From Coniocarpon cinnabarinum (Eukaryota): a stretch of 64,000 bases of DNA. Where the stretch lies: positions 1 to 64,000 of the forward strand of contig JAVECO010000061.1 in the NCBI GenBank assembly GCA_051942205.1. The letters are read 5' to 3'. The notes under the pieces are model-generated. The model saw only the letters and a program-made list of their open reading frames with translations, was not told the DNA's origin and made no database searches. Shown in pieces: positions 45,134-58,632 of the stretch (positions within the stretch are counted from its first letter, which is position 1; each line of letters starts with the position of its first letter). The translations under genes were made by a program, and so were the position numbers.

Positions 45134-47354
45134 TCACCGCCTCTCTTGCACCCATTGATCGACGCCATCCCAATAGGCTTGGTCATTCTTGGCCAGGAGC
45201 TTCTTCTCACACGCCACTTTCACGCCCGCGTATATCTGTCGCCGTTGTCAGCATATCCGGACATGTTTTTAAACCAATCAAACAACCTACCGCATCCCAA
45301 AGCTGGAACGTCGCCTCTAAATCCGCGTCGAAACTCACGGCATGCAATATCAGCTCCCTCGGCACTTTCGCCTTCACTTCGTCCCGTATCTCAGGCGTGA
45401 CGCCGCCATTCGACGCCGCAGCGGCATTAACGTCGTCCAAGTAATGCTTCATTGCAATTCCGAGCGCACAGTCCATCGGCAGCAAAAACGGCAAATGCAT
45501 CGCAACGTCAGTCAGATCGTCGCGCTCGCGCTCAGCGTGACCTGTGAGAAGCAACGAAACCAAGCTGATCTCAACAAGGTCACGAAGACTGGCGCGCACG
45601 GCTTCCACAGCGCAGTTGTATCCGAGTAAGTGACGACTAAGGGGGCCTGTGAAGCCGATTGTCTTGTGGTGAAGAGTGCCTAAACAAGCGACGCGGGAGA
45701 GGAGAAGCGAGTTCGCTTTGTCAGTTTCCGAGCCGTGCATGGGCGCGCCGGTATAGCTTGGAAACATGTTTTCAGAGGTGAGGAGGTCCAGCTTGAGAAG
45801 CTCTGTCGCGAGGAGAAGAGACTGGCCGTGAACTTCGGGTTGCGGTGACGAGGAGATCATAGTTGACAAGACTATGCCCCATGGTGTAAGTTTGCGAGAC
45901 TGGTCGAGGTAGCCGCGGAAGTATAGGAAACGCCATATGCTGTTCGCTTCGAGTTCTGCTGCGGATTGTAATGACTTTGAGGTCTCGTCGCTGATAGATG
46001 GAAATGAAGTATCGGTAGCAGCTTTCATCGCGGATGTTAGCGAAACATCTGACCCATCAACGATTGTGTCTTTCGGAAATGAGAATTCTGGGATCCGCCA
46101 GTCTTTGATGGCATCATTGGGATCTCCTTGCTCGTTAAGACTAATTTGTGTCGTCCTGTCGGGCGCATACCAAGTCGACAGCTCTATCTCGCGATGGTGG
46201 TATGCTCGGTGCAGTCTGAAAGCCAATAAGGCCAAAGACAACGCTCGAAGGTTCGTCACCCGTTCTGAGACCAAGCTTTTGTACACTTCTGACTCTCCCC
46301 CGTCGGCAGGGCAGTTCTCATAAATGCGCGCAGAGGTGAGCTGGTTGAGGATGCGTGTCCCCACTGCACCAACGGAGAGGTAGTAGTAGAGCTCATCTGG
46401 AAGCCTTTGGCCGATGATGTCGTGGAGATCGTTTGGCACATCCTCTTGGGCAAGGGGTTCAGCTTTTCCACTTACGCTCAAAACGACGTCGTGCTTCACA
46501 GCCAGACGACCTTGTTTGTATCTGTGAATGTAGTCTGCTTCAGTATTCCTCTGATCTTTTTCAAGCATCGCGTAGACGGAGCTGCCTGGCTGGATATTGG
46601 CCTTCAACATTTCCGCTACCTGCCGTATTTTCGGAGCTCGTGCAGGGCTGAGTGAAGGCAGCGTTGGAAGCAGTGAGCAGCCCGAGAGCAAACAAGCATC
46701 TGTGAACAGCTCAGAATGTCCAAGATTCAGCTCTTCCAAGCATTGCTGCCTTCTCACAAAGGTGTACTCGGCGTTCTGAAAATCGAAGCTTGTAATGACT
46801 CTGTCGACATCGTAAAGGAGCAGCTCCGAGCAACCTGCGATAGCATCAACATAGTCTGGGGCGTTCTTTTCCAGATAAGCTAGTTGACCAAGTGCGCTGT
46901 AGGGTGCGACTTGAAAAGCAACGTTTTGCTCGCGGAGTATTTGCTGGCTCAGAGTATAAAATCTTCTCGCTGAAGCATAACCGGATTCCCCAAACAGCCT
47001 AACGGCTTGCGCAGCTTGATGCTGATTGTACTGATCCCAGGCTGAAGCATTATTGCTCGCTATGACATCGCCACGCGCAAATGGAGTATAAGCCTTGCCA
47101 ACGTCGAGACCACTGAAAATGAATACGGGTTTGATGCCGTTCTGTCGAAAGGTCTCCAACTCGCTCTCAAGGTGAATGCGGATCGAGAAAGGCGTTCCCC
47201 CCAGTGCAGGCAAGAGCGGTTCCTTTGCTGCAGAGTTATTGAGAAGCCGGTCAAGGTAGGAGTCGGCTTCAATGGCAATCGCGCATCCTGAGAGGTCTGA
47301 GAGGACGTTGGTGTCAGTGCGTGGTGCCGACCACTGCTCGAAATCATCAATCAT
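45134..47354 (-). CDS. MKT1: Mkt1 (XPG/FEN1-like PIN-fold post-transcriptional regulator)
   Basis: EPLLPALGGTP, VAPYSALGQLAY, HDIIGQRLPDELYYYLS and GFTGPLSR motifs. A 3' intron 45290-45236 gives the C-terminus IYAGVK..WVQERR*. Confidence 0.88.
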
Positions 47355-49601
47355 CTCGCCAGGCTAGAAGTCTTGACTTAAGGAGAATCGGTGGCTATTC
47401 GATTCGAGATTGAGGTGGCTGACAGCGCGCCAGGCGCATGTGCAGACGGGAAAGAGCAAGCCACAGAACATGAACAGCAAGCAGGGATCGTGGCCGTCAA
47501 CTTCGCAACTCGAGCACTGAGTCTCGCGCTGACAGGAACAGGCTTAGTCTTTGGACCCTGCCCTGGAACAATGGCAGCCGGCGGCGCTAGCGTACCACTA
47601 GATTCGTCTCGGACTCTTCATGGCGACAGCAATCAGGATTAGACATTAAGGCAGCGACTGCTACTCGATTCCGCACCGTGTCGAGCGTGCAAAGACTACA
47701 TCCAGGATAGAGGTTCAGCGCGGGGCTCACAGGGCCCTTAGATGGAAGCAAGAGCAACCAGTCGCACGCGATACACCAGCTTGGACATTTCAAGCACTTA
47801 GCAACTACCCCATGTCGCTCCACGGCATCAAAGAAATGCCACCGATGGCTGCATGTGTGCTGACAGGAATATGCGTAGAAGGATTTGGTGAGACACGATT
47901 TTCAATGGGTCCCAGTCACGTGCTGGATGTACTCGAGACGTGTCCTTAATCTGCGCCACTGGGGGGCCAAATGCAAATGGAGCATTGAAAGACATCCAAG
48001 GTGTCTTTTGTGTTTCTTCGCCCTCTTTCTCTCTTTTCAATCAGTAGTGACTCCTTGGGTGACCCCGATCGATCTCCGTTTCAAAGCACCCGGCCCATTC
48101 GACCCTTTACTTATTTCTACGAACCATCATGCCGACCCCAATCGGTATCATGATCTCTTGGTGGACGACTTCACAGCGCAGGCGCAGCAGTGGTGACAGC
48201 GGCGGTGCGGCCACGCGAAAGCAGATGAAAAGGGCAGAGCTCCGAGACGCTTCCAAAGGATCAGACAGCAATAAAAGACCGAGATACTATGTCATCCGGG
48301 GATCTGGTCGAAATGGATATTATCACGTCTACATGGACAGGCCTACTCCTGGGCCAAGAAAGTGGCCTTGGGCTCCAGATTCGCAATGACTCTGAGGATG
48401 CTCGACCGTTCGATTGCCGCTTTACAAGTCACGAAAGTACGCCTGCAACGTTAGGCGTTCCGGGTCTGTTGCCGCTGCTACGGACTCTGAACACTTTGCA
48501 ATGGCGTGGTCAGATGATCCGTCTCGTTGCTTGGTTGGACACCCGAGACAGTTTGACCACAGGGACTGTTGCATTTACGTATCTTTCACTCGAGCTCTGT
48601 ACTGTCATCTTGACCCATCAAGCCCAGCGGGTCTGGCAGAGACGTGTTGAGTAGTCGACGAGGGGGCCTCGGCTTGCCGCACTTTCAACGCAAAGGCCTA
48701 GCGCACTGAAAAGTGTGAACGTGTGCAAGTATCATGATCAGCGCGATCTTGAAATGGCGGGCCTCCTCGTGTATGAGCGTGTTGGTCGGTTTTATCAATG
48801 ACACCAAACAACGCTACCTGAGACACTAGGCTGCAAGATCGGGATTCAAAACGCAATGAATACCAGGCGACCCTATCGCAAGGCAAGCCAACTCGAGTCG
48901 AATCGAGAAAATGAGAACTTCTTGAAGCCGTGCTGCCTGTTCAAATGCGGCTCATGCTGTCCGTCGGGAACCAGGTTGAAAGGCTCGTTATATTATGAGA
49001 TATACAAGTTAAATACCGATGAGGACTAACTTTGAAGGAGCGCAACGCAAGGTGGCGTGAAGAGCATTTCAGGGGGCCAAATTGCTGTCGTACCAGCCGC
49101 AAGGGTCATAGACAGAAGTCGTTGCCAGATCTCAACCTATACAACGAGCCCACACAACGAGAACAATTCGGCTCATAAACGCGTGATCATGACGGCGAGG
49201 GCCCTTTGTTAATGGAAAGACGCTGAACTCTAGGGCGGCAAGTACTATCCTGCGAGGCCCTTGCCGTAGAGAGCAGTCAACTGCCACGACTCGTGTCTGT
49301 TGGTGACCCGAAACACATCCCATGTCCACTTCCTGCTCTAAGATTACGCTGACATCTGTTCTGCTGACCCGTAACACTGCTGGCTCCAAAATTGGTCACG
49401 CTCAAGAGCTGCGACAAGGGTAAGATGGCATGAGGACAGTTCGGAGACCAGCCGTCTATCATCCTAGTGTACCGTAGGTTCAAGTCATGCGTCCTGCATA
49501 ACTTCCCAGAGCTTTGGAACTCCTTTGGAATTCTATAAGGACGGCTGTCGAGTCCATCCCTCGCACAATGGCCTGCCATTTGTGTTGCATGCTACGCGAC
49601 A

Positions 49602-50689
49602 ATGGCATGCTTGCTCCTTGCGACTGCCTCCATCATATACCAGGCGCAGGCCCAGTTCGATCCGCGCCACGCTTCAGGCGCCGCTGGATTGAATGTGCAA
49701 ATACCTAGCCCAGTGACTGCCGGCGCCGATACCAGCGTGACTTTAGACCTGGCCGGCATAGCACCACAATTTATCGATAAAGGCGATGCTGCATTCCGCG
49801 TTCGCCTCTACAGCAGTGTCGCAAACTACCCAATATGTATGACATGGCTATTGCATCAATCAAAGTCTTTACTAATAGAGGCCGAAGGTACTCTTGTAGA
49901 AGAGACCCTTCAGCAACCCACAAGCTTTTCTGTCAATATCCCACCTAATGTAGGACCACCAGGTGCATACTATGCTCTTGCACTAGACTACGCCGAGACA
50001 GCACACATCGACGCAGATATAGCACAGCTGCTCGAAGGACAGCAGAGTGAGGTATCCTGGCCTCAACTTGAGGTCAAATACTCGAACCCATTCTTCCTGT
50101 CAATGCCGCCAAATGAGCAAAGTGCGTGGATACCATACGAGACCACCATGCACCGACAAAACGGCCATCAAGTGGGTGCTGCGTGGATGATATGATTTTT
50201 GCTGGACTGACATGTGCACCTGTGTAGTTCGGCGGTCGCTTCCTATACGAAGCAAATTCCAGTGTGCCATGCTCATCATACAACTGCTTGCGCTCTTGTG
50301 CGCAGCTCTACACACCACCACAGGCCGATCCATCTAACCCTTCATCAGCTTCGTACAATGCGGCCTACATGAAATGCGCAGCGAATTGTGAGGGCGTGCG
50401 ATTGCCACCCAGTGCTCATACCAGCGGCGACCCAGACGCACCGCCGGGCAACACACTTGTGCCGCCTGCTGTCAATGGGACATGCAGTGCGACCAAGTCT
50501 CAGACGCCATGCGGAGAAGCGTGCTGTAACGCTGACCAGGTTTGTCTTCCTTGGGCAAGTTGCGTTGCTTCTCATGGAGTTGCAGCGGTCGAGACGACCG
50601 TGATGCCCATCCTGGATCCCACACCCACAGCAGCGGGCGGGACGACTCTGATGACGATCGCTGGGCCTGCGCCCAGCACCACCTGTTGA
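49602..50689 (+). CDS. Secreted Cys-rich hypothetical protein
   Basis: Signal-like N-terminus. Introns 49837-49887 and 50172-50227 keep the frame. PCSSYNCLRSC..C...C module and a C-terminal QTPCGEACC...C.....C module. Confidence 0.72.
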
Positions 50690-51692
50690 CAGCCGCAGGG
50701 ATAAGGTGCATACGTCGCTGCAATCCTGGCCTGCTACATGCGCGTGCAAGCGTTGTCATATCAAGGCGGTCCCATGATTCTCGGGGTGGCCCGAATTCAA
50801 GCCACGAGGGAGATAAGACATGCACATTTCACACTGTGATTTCTTGGCTTTCTGTGTGCGGGCTGCGGAATAGTCTCCGCTTCTCATACGATACCGATAG
50901 AAAGCTGCTCAGTAACGAGGTCACGATAGAGAATGAATCGATTTCCTACAGCCGTTCTCAGACCCAGTGTAGACTCCTTGGTGACACAGCAAGGGTTTAG
51001 TAGGAAAGTACTTGCCGCATGTTAATTCATCTTTCTGTGAGTGGCAGAGGGCTTTCGCCGTTGTGCTTATAGCTTTGTAACCTGAATTATTTTTATCGTA
51101 CAGGCTCGTCGCCTAGACTGAGATCCGGCAACTTTTGTACCTGACCCTTGCGGTCGGTGGTATTGGAAGAATTCCGACGATTCCACCCTGATACACACTA
51201 GGCGGCAAAGATTCGAGGACGCTTGGTCTGCACGGCGATCCGTGTATAGAACGTCGGAGCGATTCTAGTCCGCGAAGCCTTGCAACGATATTGGCCCACC
51301 GGGCCTGCCACGTCACTTTGATGTCTCTCTGCGTAGGCTTCCGATGCTTCCCTTGGAACTTTACAGAGGTATTGATGCGTGAGGCACCCGCCCAGCAACA
51401 TCCGTGCCAGACTTTTGTAAAAGTTCCTTACACAATGGCTGTAAGGCCGCAGCCTCCGGTGACTCCGCGAGGCCGCCGGAGCACGTGTTGCACGGAGACG
51501 TATACCTAGGTACATTCCTCCTCGGCGCAATAGATTGTGAGCACAGTAGAAAGCTACGTCGATACAAATAGCAAGATGGCCACGCCTATCATGCTGTGCT
51601 GGTGTCACAACAGTCACTGACTGCACATCTCGTATTCCTTCGTCGACATACTTTTTGATTCTTCCGATTGATCTCGCTCATTACTGGATATC

Positions 51693-52934
51693 ATGTTTGA
51701 TTTCTTATCAGACCTGCTTGGCTATCCGTGGAGGCCTGAAAAAGAGATACCTGAACTCAAGGGTCGAACGTTGTTGGTGACTGGAGGTGGGTGGAGAGAA
51801 ATCACTTCCTCTTGACGCTCTTAAACAATCAATGCCACTGGTTTAAGCGCCTCTGCGAACCTGCGCGTTGAACATCCTCAAGAAAAGCTATTGGAAAGAG
51901 AATTGTGCTAACGAACGCATATAGGCAGCGATGGCATCGGCAAAGAAGCTACCCAGCAGCTCGCTATACACAACCCTTCACGCATTTGGATGGCCGCCCG
52001 TAATAAAGCGAAATCAGAGGGTAAGCGACAGCAATGCAACGCATCAGTACAATCCATCTCACTTCAACAGCTGCCATTGCCGAGATTCGACAGACCGTCC
52101 CAGATGCCCACATCTCCTTCGTCCAACTAGACCTGACATCCTTCGCCTCCATTCAGGCTGCCGTCGCAACAATCCTCTCAGATCCTCGAGCCAAACTCCA
52201 TACTCTTATCCTCAATGCTGGCGTCATGGCATGCCCGCCGGGTGTGACAAAAGAAGGATACGAGATACAGTTCGGGACGAATCACATGGGCCACGCGCTG
52301 CTTGCTCAACTGCTCCTGCCTGTGATGCGCAAGACAGCGAAGGAGGAAGGACCTGATGCGGATGTGCGCGTCGTCACTGTTTCCAGTTCTTCAGAACAGA
52401 AACACATTAATGAGCGGGGCGTTCATTTCGAGGACCTCAAAACGGAAGATAGCGGAGGGATGAATCCTTTTTACAGATACGGGCAGAGCAAGTTAGCCAA
52501 CGTGCTGTTTGCGCGTGCATTGGCCGATAGAGAGCATGAAGTCGGCAGCGGTGTCAAGAGCATGGTGTGCCATCCCGGCTTCATCAAGTCCAATCTAGGT
52601 GAGTACCTTTACCCTCGTCTCTGGTGGTTTTCCCTCGCAGAGCGCTGACACTTGCTCAGGTCGTGGACTGATCGAGATTTATCCCTGGTTATCACTTGCT
52701 GTACCACTCATCCGATGGTTCGTCTGGCCTCCTTTCATGATGACCTTGTATCAAGGGTGTAAGAACGAGCTTTGGGCTGCGTTCAGTCCGGAAGCCAAAA
52801 GTGGGGGCTTCTACTATCCAGTGGGCGTTGAGGTGGAGGGCAGTGACTGGAGCAGGGACGTGGAGCTGAGGGGCCGGCTATGGGAATGGACGCAGAAGGA
52901 GCTGGCACCTTTCGTGTCGCAACAGCCGACATAG
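51693..52934 (+). CDS. Short-chain dehydrogenase/reductase (retinol-DH/WWOX-like)
   Basis: Introns 51787-51924, 52021-52070 and 52599-52659. Spliced TGGSDGIG, LNAGVM, QFGTNHMGH, YGQSK and HPG motifs. Confidence 0.9.
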
Positions 52935-53406
52935 CCCAGAACAGATCAACCTAAGTTGGAGCGACACCAAGACACACGATAACTTTTTGTGTGAGAGTAC
53001 TTTGCCCCAATATAATTCAGTGCTTTGTGACGCATAGAATGTTGTTGCCCTTATTTCTCATGGCTTTCAGCTCAGGATCCTCTTGTGCTAGGGCTTGCTG
53101 CCTGGACTTGCGTATCACTGCACTACCCACCTTTTCAAATTCCTTTATCGAGCATGTACGTATGTGAGGACATTGGCATCGCTCGGTGCCCCGCGTTCAA
53201 CTCGCTTGATGGAGAGCAGGAACTGAAATTCTCTACTTCATCACGACAGAGTATAACAAGATGACCCAAGCGTCCCGGCGGAGGCAAAATAGGCTAGCCC
53301 TGGATACAACGTGGAAGTTGTTTCTTACCGTCACGAGACCAGCTTTCAAGACATCTAGTGCTGCGCAGGGGCGGCACTGATCCTAGGAGTAGATACACAA
53401 GGAGCG

Positions 53407-54190
53407 ATGCCACGCCTAGCGATTATGGGCACGTTTCAGAACGTAGTGCCTAGTGAAAGCACTGTGAAGCCGAGTGGCTCCGGTACTGTAAACGTTGTGA
53501 TGCCCAGTGGCTCCAGCATAATAATTTCAGAACGAACTCCGTTTCGTTGTCTTTTAGACTGTGGTGCAGAGGTCAATTTGGTCTCGAAGCGCTGATGAGT
53601 GCGGATGTACTTAGAACTTCGAACGTACACCGTAAGGTCAGTAACAGTCATAAAAAGGAAAGGGGCGCAGGTCGAGCGCGGTCTCATCTATTTATGTGCG
53701 ATGATTCCAGTGGGGCCATTTTGACCTATTGATTATCTATTGCTTTTCAATCCTTCAAGATTGGATTGAGGTAAACTTCTTTGTGGTGTTTCGCCTTTCC
53801 CATAATCTGAAGCGGTGGCGCCACCAGCACTGCAGATTAGATAGACTGATTGCCCGAGTTACAGGGGCTCATCGCATTTACAGAAGTGGTACTCCATGCG
53901 GATTAGACATTGTGACACGATGCATTGAACATCAGGTGCGCATGTTGAATGACCAAGGTCCAGCGGACGAACACGTGACAAGGGGTGCCCCCTCTTCTGT
54001 ATTTGGCGAAGGCACGAACTTGACTTCACACCGTTCTTCCAATGATGAAGAGTCAAAAACTCAATGCGCCAGCCTTCAAAGTTAGTAAAGGAAGAGTTCA
54101 AAGGCATAGCAGAAGCAAGAATTACCCTGGCATTAAAGAAGCAGTATGGAATGACGCCGCTGCCGATCATCATCGGGCGGAAACTCCCTA
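53407..54190 (+). pseudogene. Disrupted retropepsin-like aspartic protease remnant
   Basis: CLLDCGAEVNLVS is followed four codons later by TGA TGA. Downstream fragments IEVNFFVV and PIIIGR fit retropepsin strands but lie in other frames. Confidence 0.4.
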
Positions 54191-54650
54191 GGTGACTCCA
54201 CATAGCGCGGCGCTATTCAAGACATTCCGGCCAAGCTTTTCACGTGCCATCGCGTCCGCGGTACGTTGTTTCGCTGCGGAGGAAAGTCTGGCGAATGGCT
54301 GCTCACTCGCCCGCCTCTTCACCCCTAACCCTACGCACGCGAGGCACAAGGCAAAGAGAGCCCCCAGCAAAGGATATGCCCCATTAAAGCAATGCGTATA
54401 CACGCGGATGCCTTCTATGTGCAATTGAATAGCCAAAACCGCTGGGAAAAGGCGCTCTCCCCCAGTAGTTCTATAACTAGACTTGTTAAATGCAGGTTTC
54501 GTTTCAAGTAGTTTTCTGTCTCTTTTCGCTTCAAAATAGTTTTTGAAGGGAGTACAGGTCCCGGCAATCACTGGCCTCGTGACACAAAAAAGCAAGAAAA
54601 GGAAAATTAGATTATAGATTGACCATTTTCATTGACTTCACAAGCAAAGC

Positions 54651-54721
54651 GCGTTGGTGGTTTAGTGGTAAAATTCATCGTTGCCATCGATGAGCCCCGG
54701 GTTCGATTCCCGGTTAGTGTC
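54651..54721 (+). tRNA. tRNA-Gly(GCC) with an aberrant G:U-rich acceptor stem (variant or pseudogene)
   Basis: 71 nt. D arm GTTT-AGTGGTA-AAAT, anticodon arm CATCG-TTGCCAT-CGATG, T arm CCGGG-TTCGATT-CCCGG. Intact A and B boxes. Acceptor strands are GCGTTGG and TTAGTGT. Confidence 0.85.
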
Positions 54722-55721
54722 TCCGTCCACGTCCAGAAACGACATTGAAGCTAATTGATCTGAAAGGCCGACGCATAATCTCGATTTTTTGCCATTGAGG
54801 TCTCTGATACCCATTGTGCCTCATGTATTGCAAGCTTACACCGGCTGTGGGCAAAAGCTCTTGCCGAGACTGCTTGCTGAGCTGCGGAACGGAGATCATC
54901 GGCCTTGTCGTCGTCGAGATATTGAGGTTTTTGCCCTCGGTAAAGGATCCCGATTGTCTCGTCAGGTTTTACCGGACGCTGAGGATATTCCGCGTTATCC
55001 CAGCCTCCTTTGTGTTCTGTCTGATGCTCTCAAATATCTCAGCGGCCGGCTTGAAAATTTTGCAAACTTCAAAAAATGATCATACGTAGATTTGATGCCT
55101 AAGTTTATTTTCTAGCTGCCATCAAAGACCGACTACGACCTTCAGAGTAGCGCCGAAGGCAGCGTTCGTGTCTGCCTCCAACAGAGCAGATCAAAGGCGG
55201 GTCGTAGGTCTGGCCAAATCCAAGCAGTCCTCACCAAAGTACCTCAGCACAACAGACAACACCACTCTTGAGTTGCAACACTCAACAGAGGGTCTAGATA
55301 CCATAGCAATCTTCTACATGAGACTCAGGCTTGTACTCTACTCCTGACTAACGTCCAAGCGAGACGATGTTTCTCCCGTGCACTTCAAGACACTCACACT
55401 GATCTAGGTCTAAGCGATAAGCCACTACCATACGCGCACTCGAGACCGGAGAGCTACAGGCATGATGGCGAAACCCTGTCAAGTCTACGATGCATCAAAC
55501 GGCACTGTGGTTTGTGCTCTAATTCATGACCATTGTGCCGGCTGCAATCGCACGCCAAGTTACTTTCGAGAGCTTCAGTGGGTCCGGAAAATGCAATTTT
55601 TTGGCATATAACAAACGTTAACATCGCAGGGGGACTTGGTGAGAGCCACTGATACGCTTCGAGACTCATGTGCTACATCTCATGCTATGCTCTACTAACC
55701 CAATGCACGTCCCTGACATAC

Positions 55722-56657
55722 TTACAGATTACTTGTCGCATTCGCGATGAGTCCCGTCAAAGGATCAATCCCACTGAACACATCCTTGACCGTATCCACC
55801 GTAATCGTTATACCCTCTGGAATTTCCTCCGGATTATTCGCAAACAACTCCAACACCATCTGTCCCAGCGTCTCCAACGTAATGGGCTGAGCACTCGGTC
55901 TCCAACCAATATCATACGGCAGCTTCTCCTGCTCGAACCATTCCTTGATGTAATCCACCTTCGCCTTCCCACTGAAGGGATCGCTCATCGCCTGCAGGTA
56001 AATGGCGGTTTCGCCGTACGCGAAGAGGAACTCACGCAGACCGAATGTAAAGGTCGGATTGCGAGCTTTTTGAGTTGTGAAACGGCCGTGACGGAGCTTG
56101 GCGGCTTGCTCGATGCTGGTGTATTCCATGCCGTCGTAGTAGGAGAGGGACTCATTAAAGATACCGGCATTGAAGCTATGGTCGTCGCCGAAGAAGGCGT
56201 CATCGCGTGAGACAGAGGCGTCGTGCTCGATGGGGAAGTTATGCTGATCGAGCTGATCGAGGTCGAATGAGCCGAGCAGTGGATCAGGTGACGCAAGGAA
56301 GCCTGCTCCGCCGATGGCTAACGTAAAGTCTTCGCCCATGTTGAAGCACTGCGAGAGACCTGGGATCAAGTTCTCGTAGGTGTTTCCTCGACCACTGTGG
56401 GGTATGAAGCCGTGATTGGCGCATGCGTTGAGTCCTGGACATGGAGACCGGACGTCGCCTGGGCCAGGAGGCTTGAACTGTGTAAAGCGGGGATCATTGG
56501 GATCTGGCGGCGTTGCGACTGGCAATAGCGTTGGTATTGGCAGTGGGAGAGACTCTGCTGGCACTGGCGCTGCTGAACGCCTTTGCGCAAGCCATGGATA
56601 TGCAGATGACCCTGGGATAGCTGCAAGAAGCAGAAGAGCAGTCGATACAGCCATCAT
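55722..56657 (-). CDS. Secreted heme-thiolate peroxidase / unspecific peroxygenase (short type)
   Basis: Signal peptide, RSPCPGLNACANHGFIPH (PCP proximal Cys) and IEHDASVSRDD. Confidence 0.93.
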   Translation of the reverse strand: MMAVSTALLLLAAIPGSSAYPWLAQRRSAAPVPAESLPLPIPTLLPVATPPDPNDPRFTQFKPPGPGDVRSPCPGLNACANHGFIPHSGRGNTYENLIPGLSQCFNMGEDFTLAIGGAGFLASPDPLLGSFDLDQLDQHNFPIEHDASVSRDDAFFGDDHSFNAGIFNESLSYYDGMEYTSIEQAAKLRHGRFTTQKARNPTFTFGLREFLFAYGETAIYLQAMSDPFSGKAKVDYIKEWFEQEKLPYDIGWRPSAQPITLETLGQMVLELFANNPEEIPEGITITVDTVKDVFSGIDPLTGLIANATSNL

Positions 56658-57185
56658 ATTTTTAGTCTACAGTCCTGCTTGTTGGTGATGGCTGGAAAAG
56701 AAAGCAAAGAGAGATTAGGTGCAGATCTGCCATCTTTTTGTTCATCACAGTTGCTACAAACACTATTTACCCATGCTGTGGAGATTGGAAAACGCTACCG
56801 TCGCGTCAGTGGCATTTCCTGATTTTGTCCTCGGCTTCTTCTTTGATCCAGCGCTAGCGCCGATCGACAGCTAATACAACTGATCTCATTGGTGGAGTGT
56901 AAGCTTGTTCTGAAGCTTGTTTGCTAGTCTAAATTTTTCATCCGAGGAGGTTGTCAAAACGGCGAGGTTGTTTGATCGATTGTGGCGGAGAACCTTTGTG
57001 TGTGGGTTTTCTTTCTGAACGCGCTCGTTCTGTATCATGTTATAATTGATCAAGCGGTTGCTTGGAGGCTATGCAAGCTCTGCATGTCATCGTAGCTCAA
57101 AGCAAACAATCTGAATGGCATTAAGGAGGTGTCTCGGATGATTTGTCGAAGTTTTTCGCTGTCCTAGTACATCCGTTCAACGACC

Positions 57186-58632
57186 TCAAAGCTTGGACCC
57201 AGAGTTCTGTTGTTGATCCTTCTCTTCGCCACTTTGCACCTTCTTAGCCTGATCTTTTGTCCAGTCAGTCCAATACAAGCGATCTTTCGTAAAAGTCATC
57301 TTCTCTCGTTTGGGTATTCGCGTCCACTCGCGAAGGTGGTCTTCCTCTTCGATTTTCCATTCTCGCATTCGCCGTGCCAGCCACTGATTCATGTTCTGCG
57401 CGACCTCGCCGGGCTTTTCAAATGGCACGAAATGCCCAGCGTCTTTGATGTCAATAACTCCTACAGCGCCAGCAGCAGTCCCGCCGTTGCCACCAATACC
57501 TGTGCCAGTATTGCTCACACGGTCTTGAACCATTTCAGGTGCGCTCATTGCACTGCGGTCGCTGGCAAAGATGTAAAGGACAGGTGGTCGCAACTGTGGC
57601 AAGTTCTGGAAGGTCAGTAAGGGCTCTGCGCGATAGAAGGGTTTCGAGCTGTTCCATTCTTCTGAGACGTCCGGATGAGTCTTGCGACTTGGGTGATGCT
57701 TCTCCAAGGATTCGTGTGCAGATGGATAATTGCCTCGCAAAAACGTGAAGACTTCCTGGTATTTGGTGGTGGTCAGAGTCACTGGCTTTCCTGCTGGCGT
57801 CGTTGCCCCTGCGTCGTCTGACGATGAGGACCCTGCTGGCTTTGCTGTAGAAGTTGCAATCTTATCTTGAGATGAATACACGGCGGTTGGCAATTCTCTC
57901 AAGCCGTAATGGACCCATTTACCAAGACATCGTGAATCCCAGGTCTGATAGAACTTGTTACGCCGGAAGGAAGCTTCGGCTTCTTGCCTAGAAGGCCAAA
58001 CGTCTCTCCGGTAGGTCGAGAGCTGTGTTGGCAAAATATTAGCGGGCCCGTTTGCGGCTCTCTGAATAACAGGATCAATTAAAATTAAGCCAGAGAAAAG
58101 TCGAGGATGCATCAAAGATAGATTTACGACATGATTGCCGCCCATACTGTGGCCCACGCCAATTAACGGTCTTGGCAATTCCTTACGGAAAACATTGACG
58201 AAGTGTAGTAGGTCTCGAGGGTGATCAAACCAGTTTGCTGCAGGACTTGGTGAGCTTCATTTACTGTCAAGAGATGTCTACGAAATGCGTCTTACGGTCA
58301 TCGCCTAGCTGATGCTCGTTCAAAACTCCGCTTTCCCCTTGCCATGCTACATCTGCCATCCATATACTTCGTATCCCTGCATGGCCTCTCTCAATCGAGT
58401 TTTGAAGGAGATCATCCCATAATGGCTCATACAATTCTTTTCCAACCCCATTGGCATGCGCAGCGATGATAGTGATGTCTTGAGGCTTTGAAGTTGCATG
58501 TCTTTTAGGAGTGTATTGCTTAATTGCTATTTTCAGGGCATCTTCTTGACCATCAGACAGAGCACGTGGATACTGTCGTATATAAGATGAGTCGAGGTAA
58601 TGCGTTTGGACTTCGAATAAATGTGCAGACAT
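57186..58632 (-). CDS. Peroxisomal alpha/beta-hydrolase (Abhydrolase_6, Lpx1-like)
   Basis: Intron 58295-58238. HANGVGKELYEPLW, GVGHSMGG nucleophile elbow, GHFVPFE, C-terminal SKL (PTS1). Confidence 0.9.

Noticed and set aside
48129..48389. 86-aa small ORF
   Set aside because: Could be real, but no motif or other support is visible.
51693..58632. Secondary-metabolite cluster (SDR, UPO, hydrolase)
   Set aside because: No backbone synthase, transporter or regulator, and the enzymes target different compartments.
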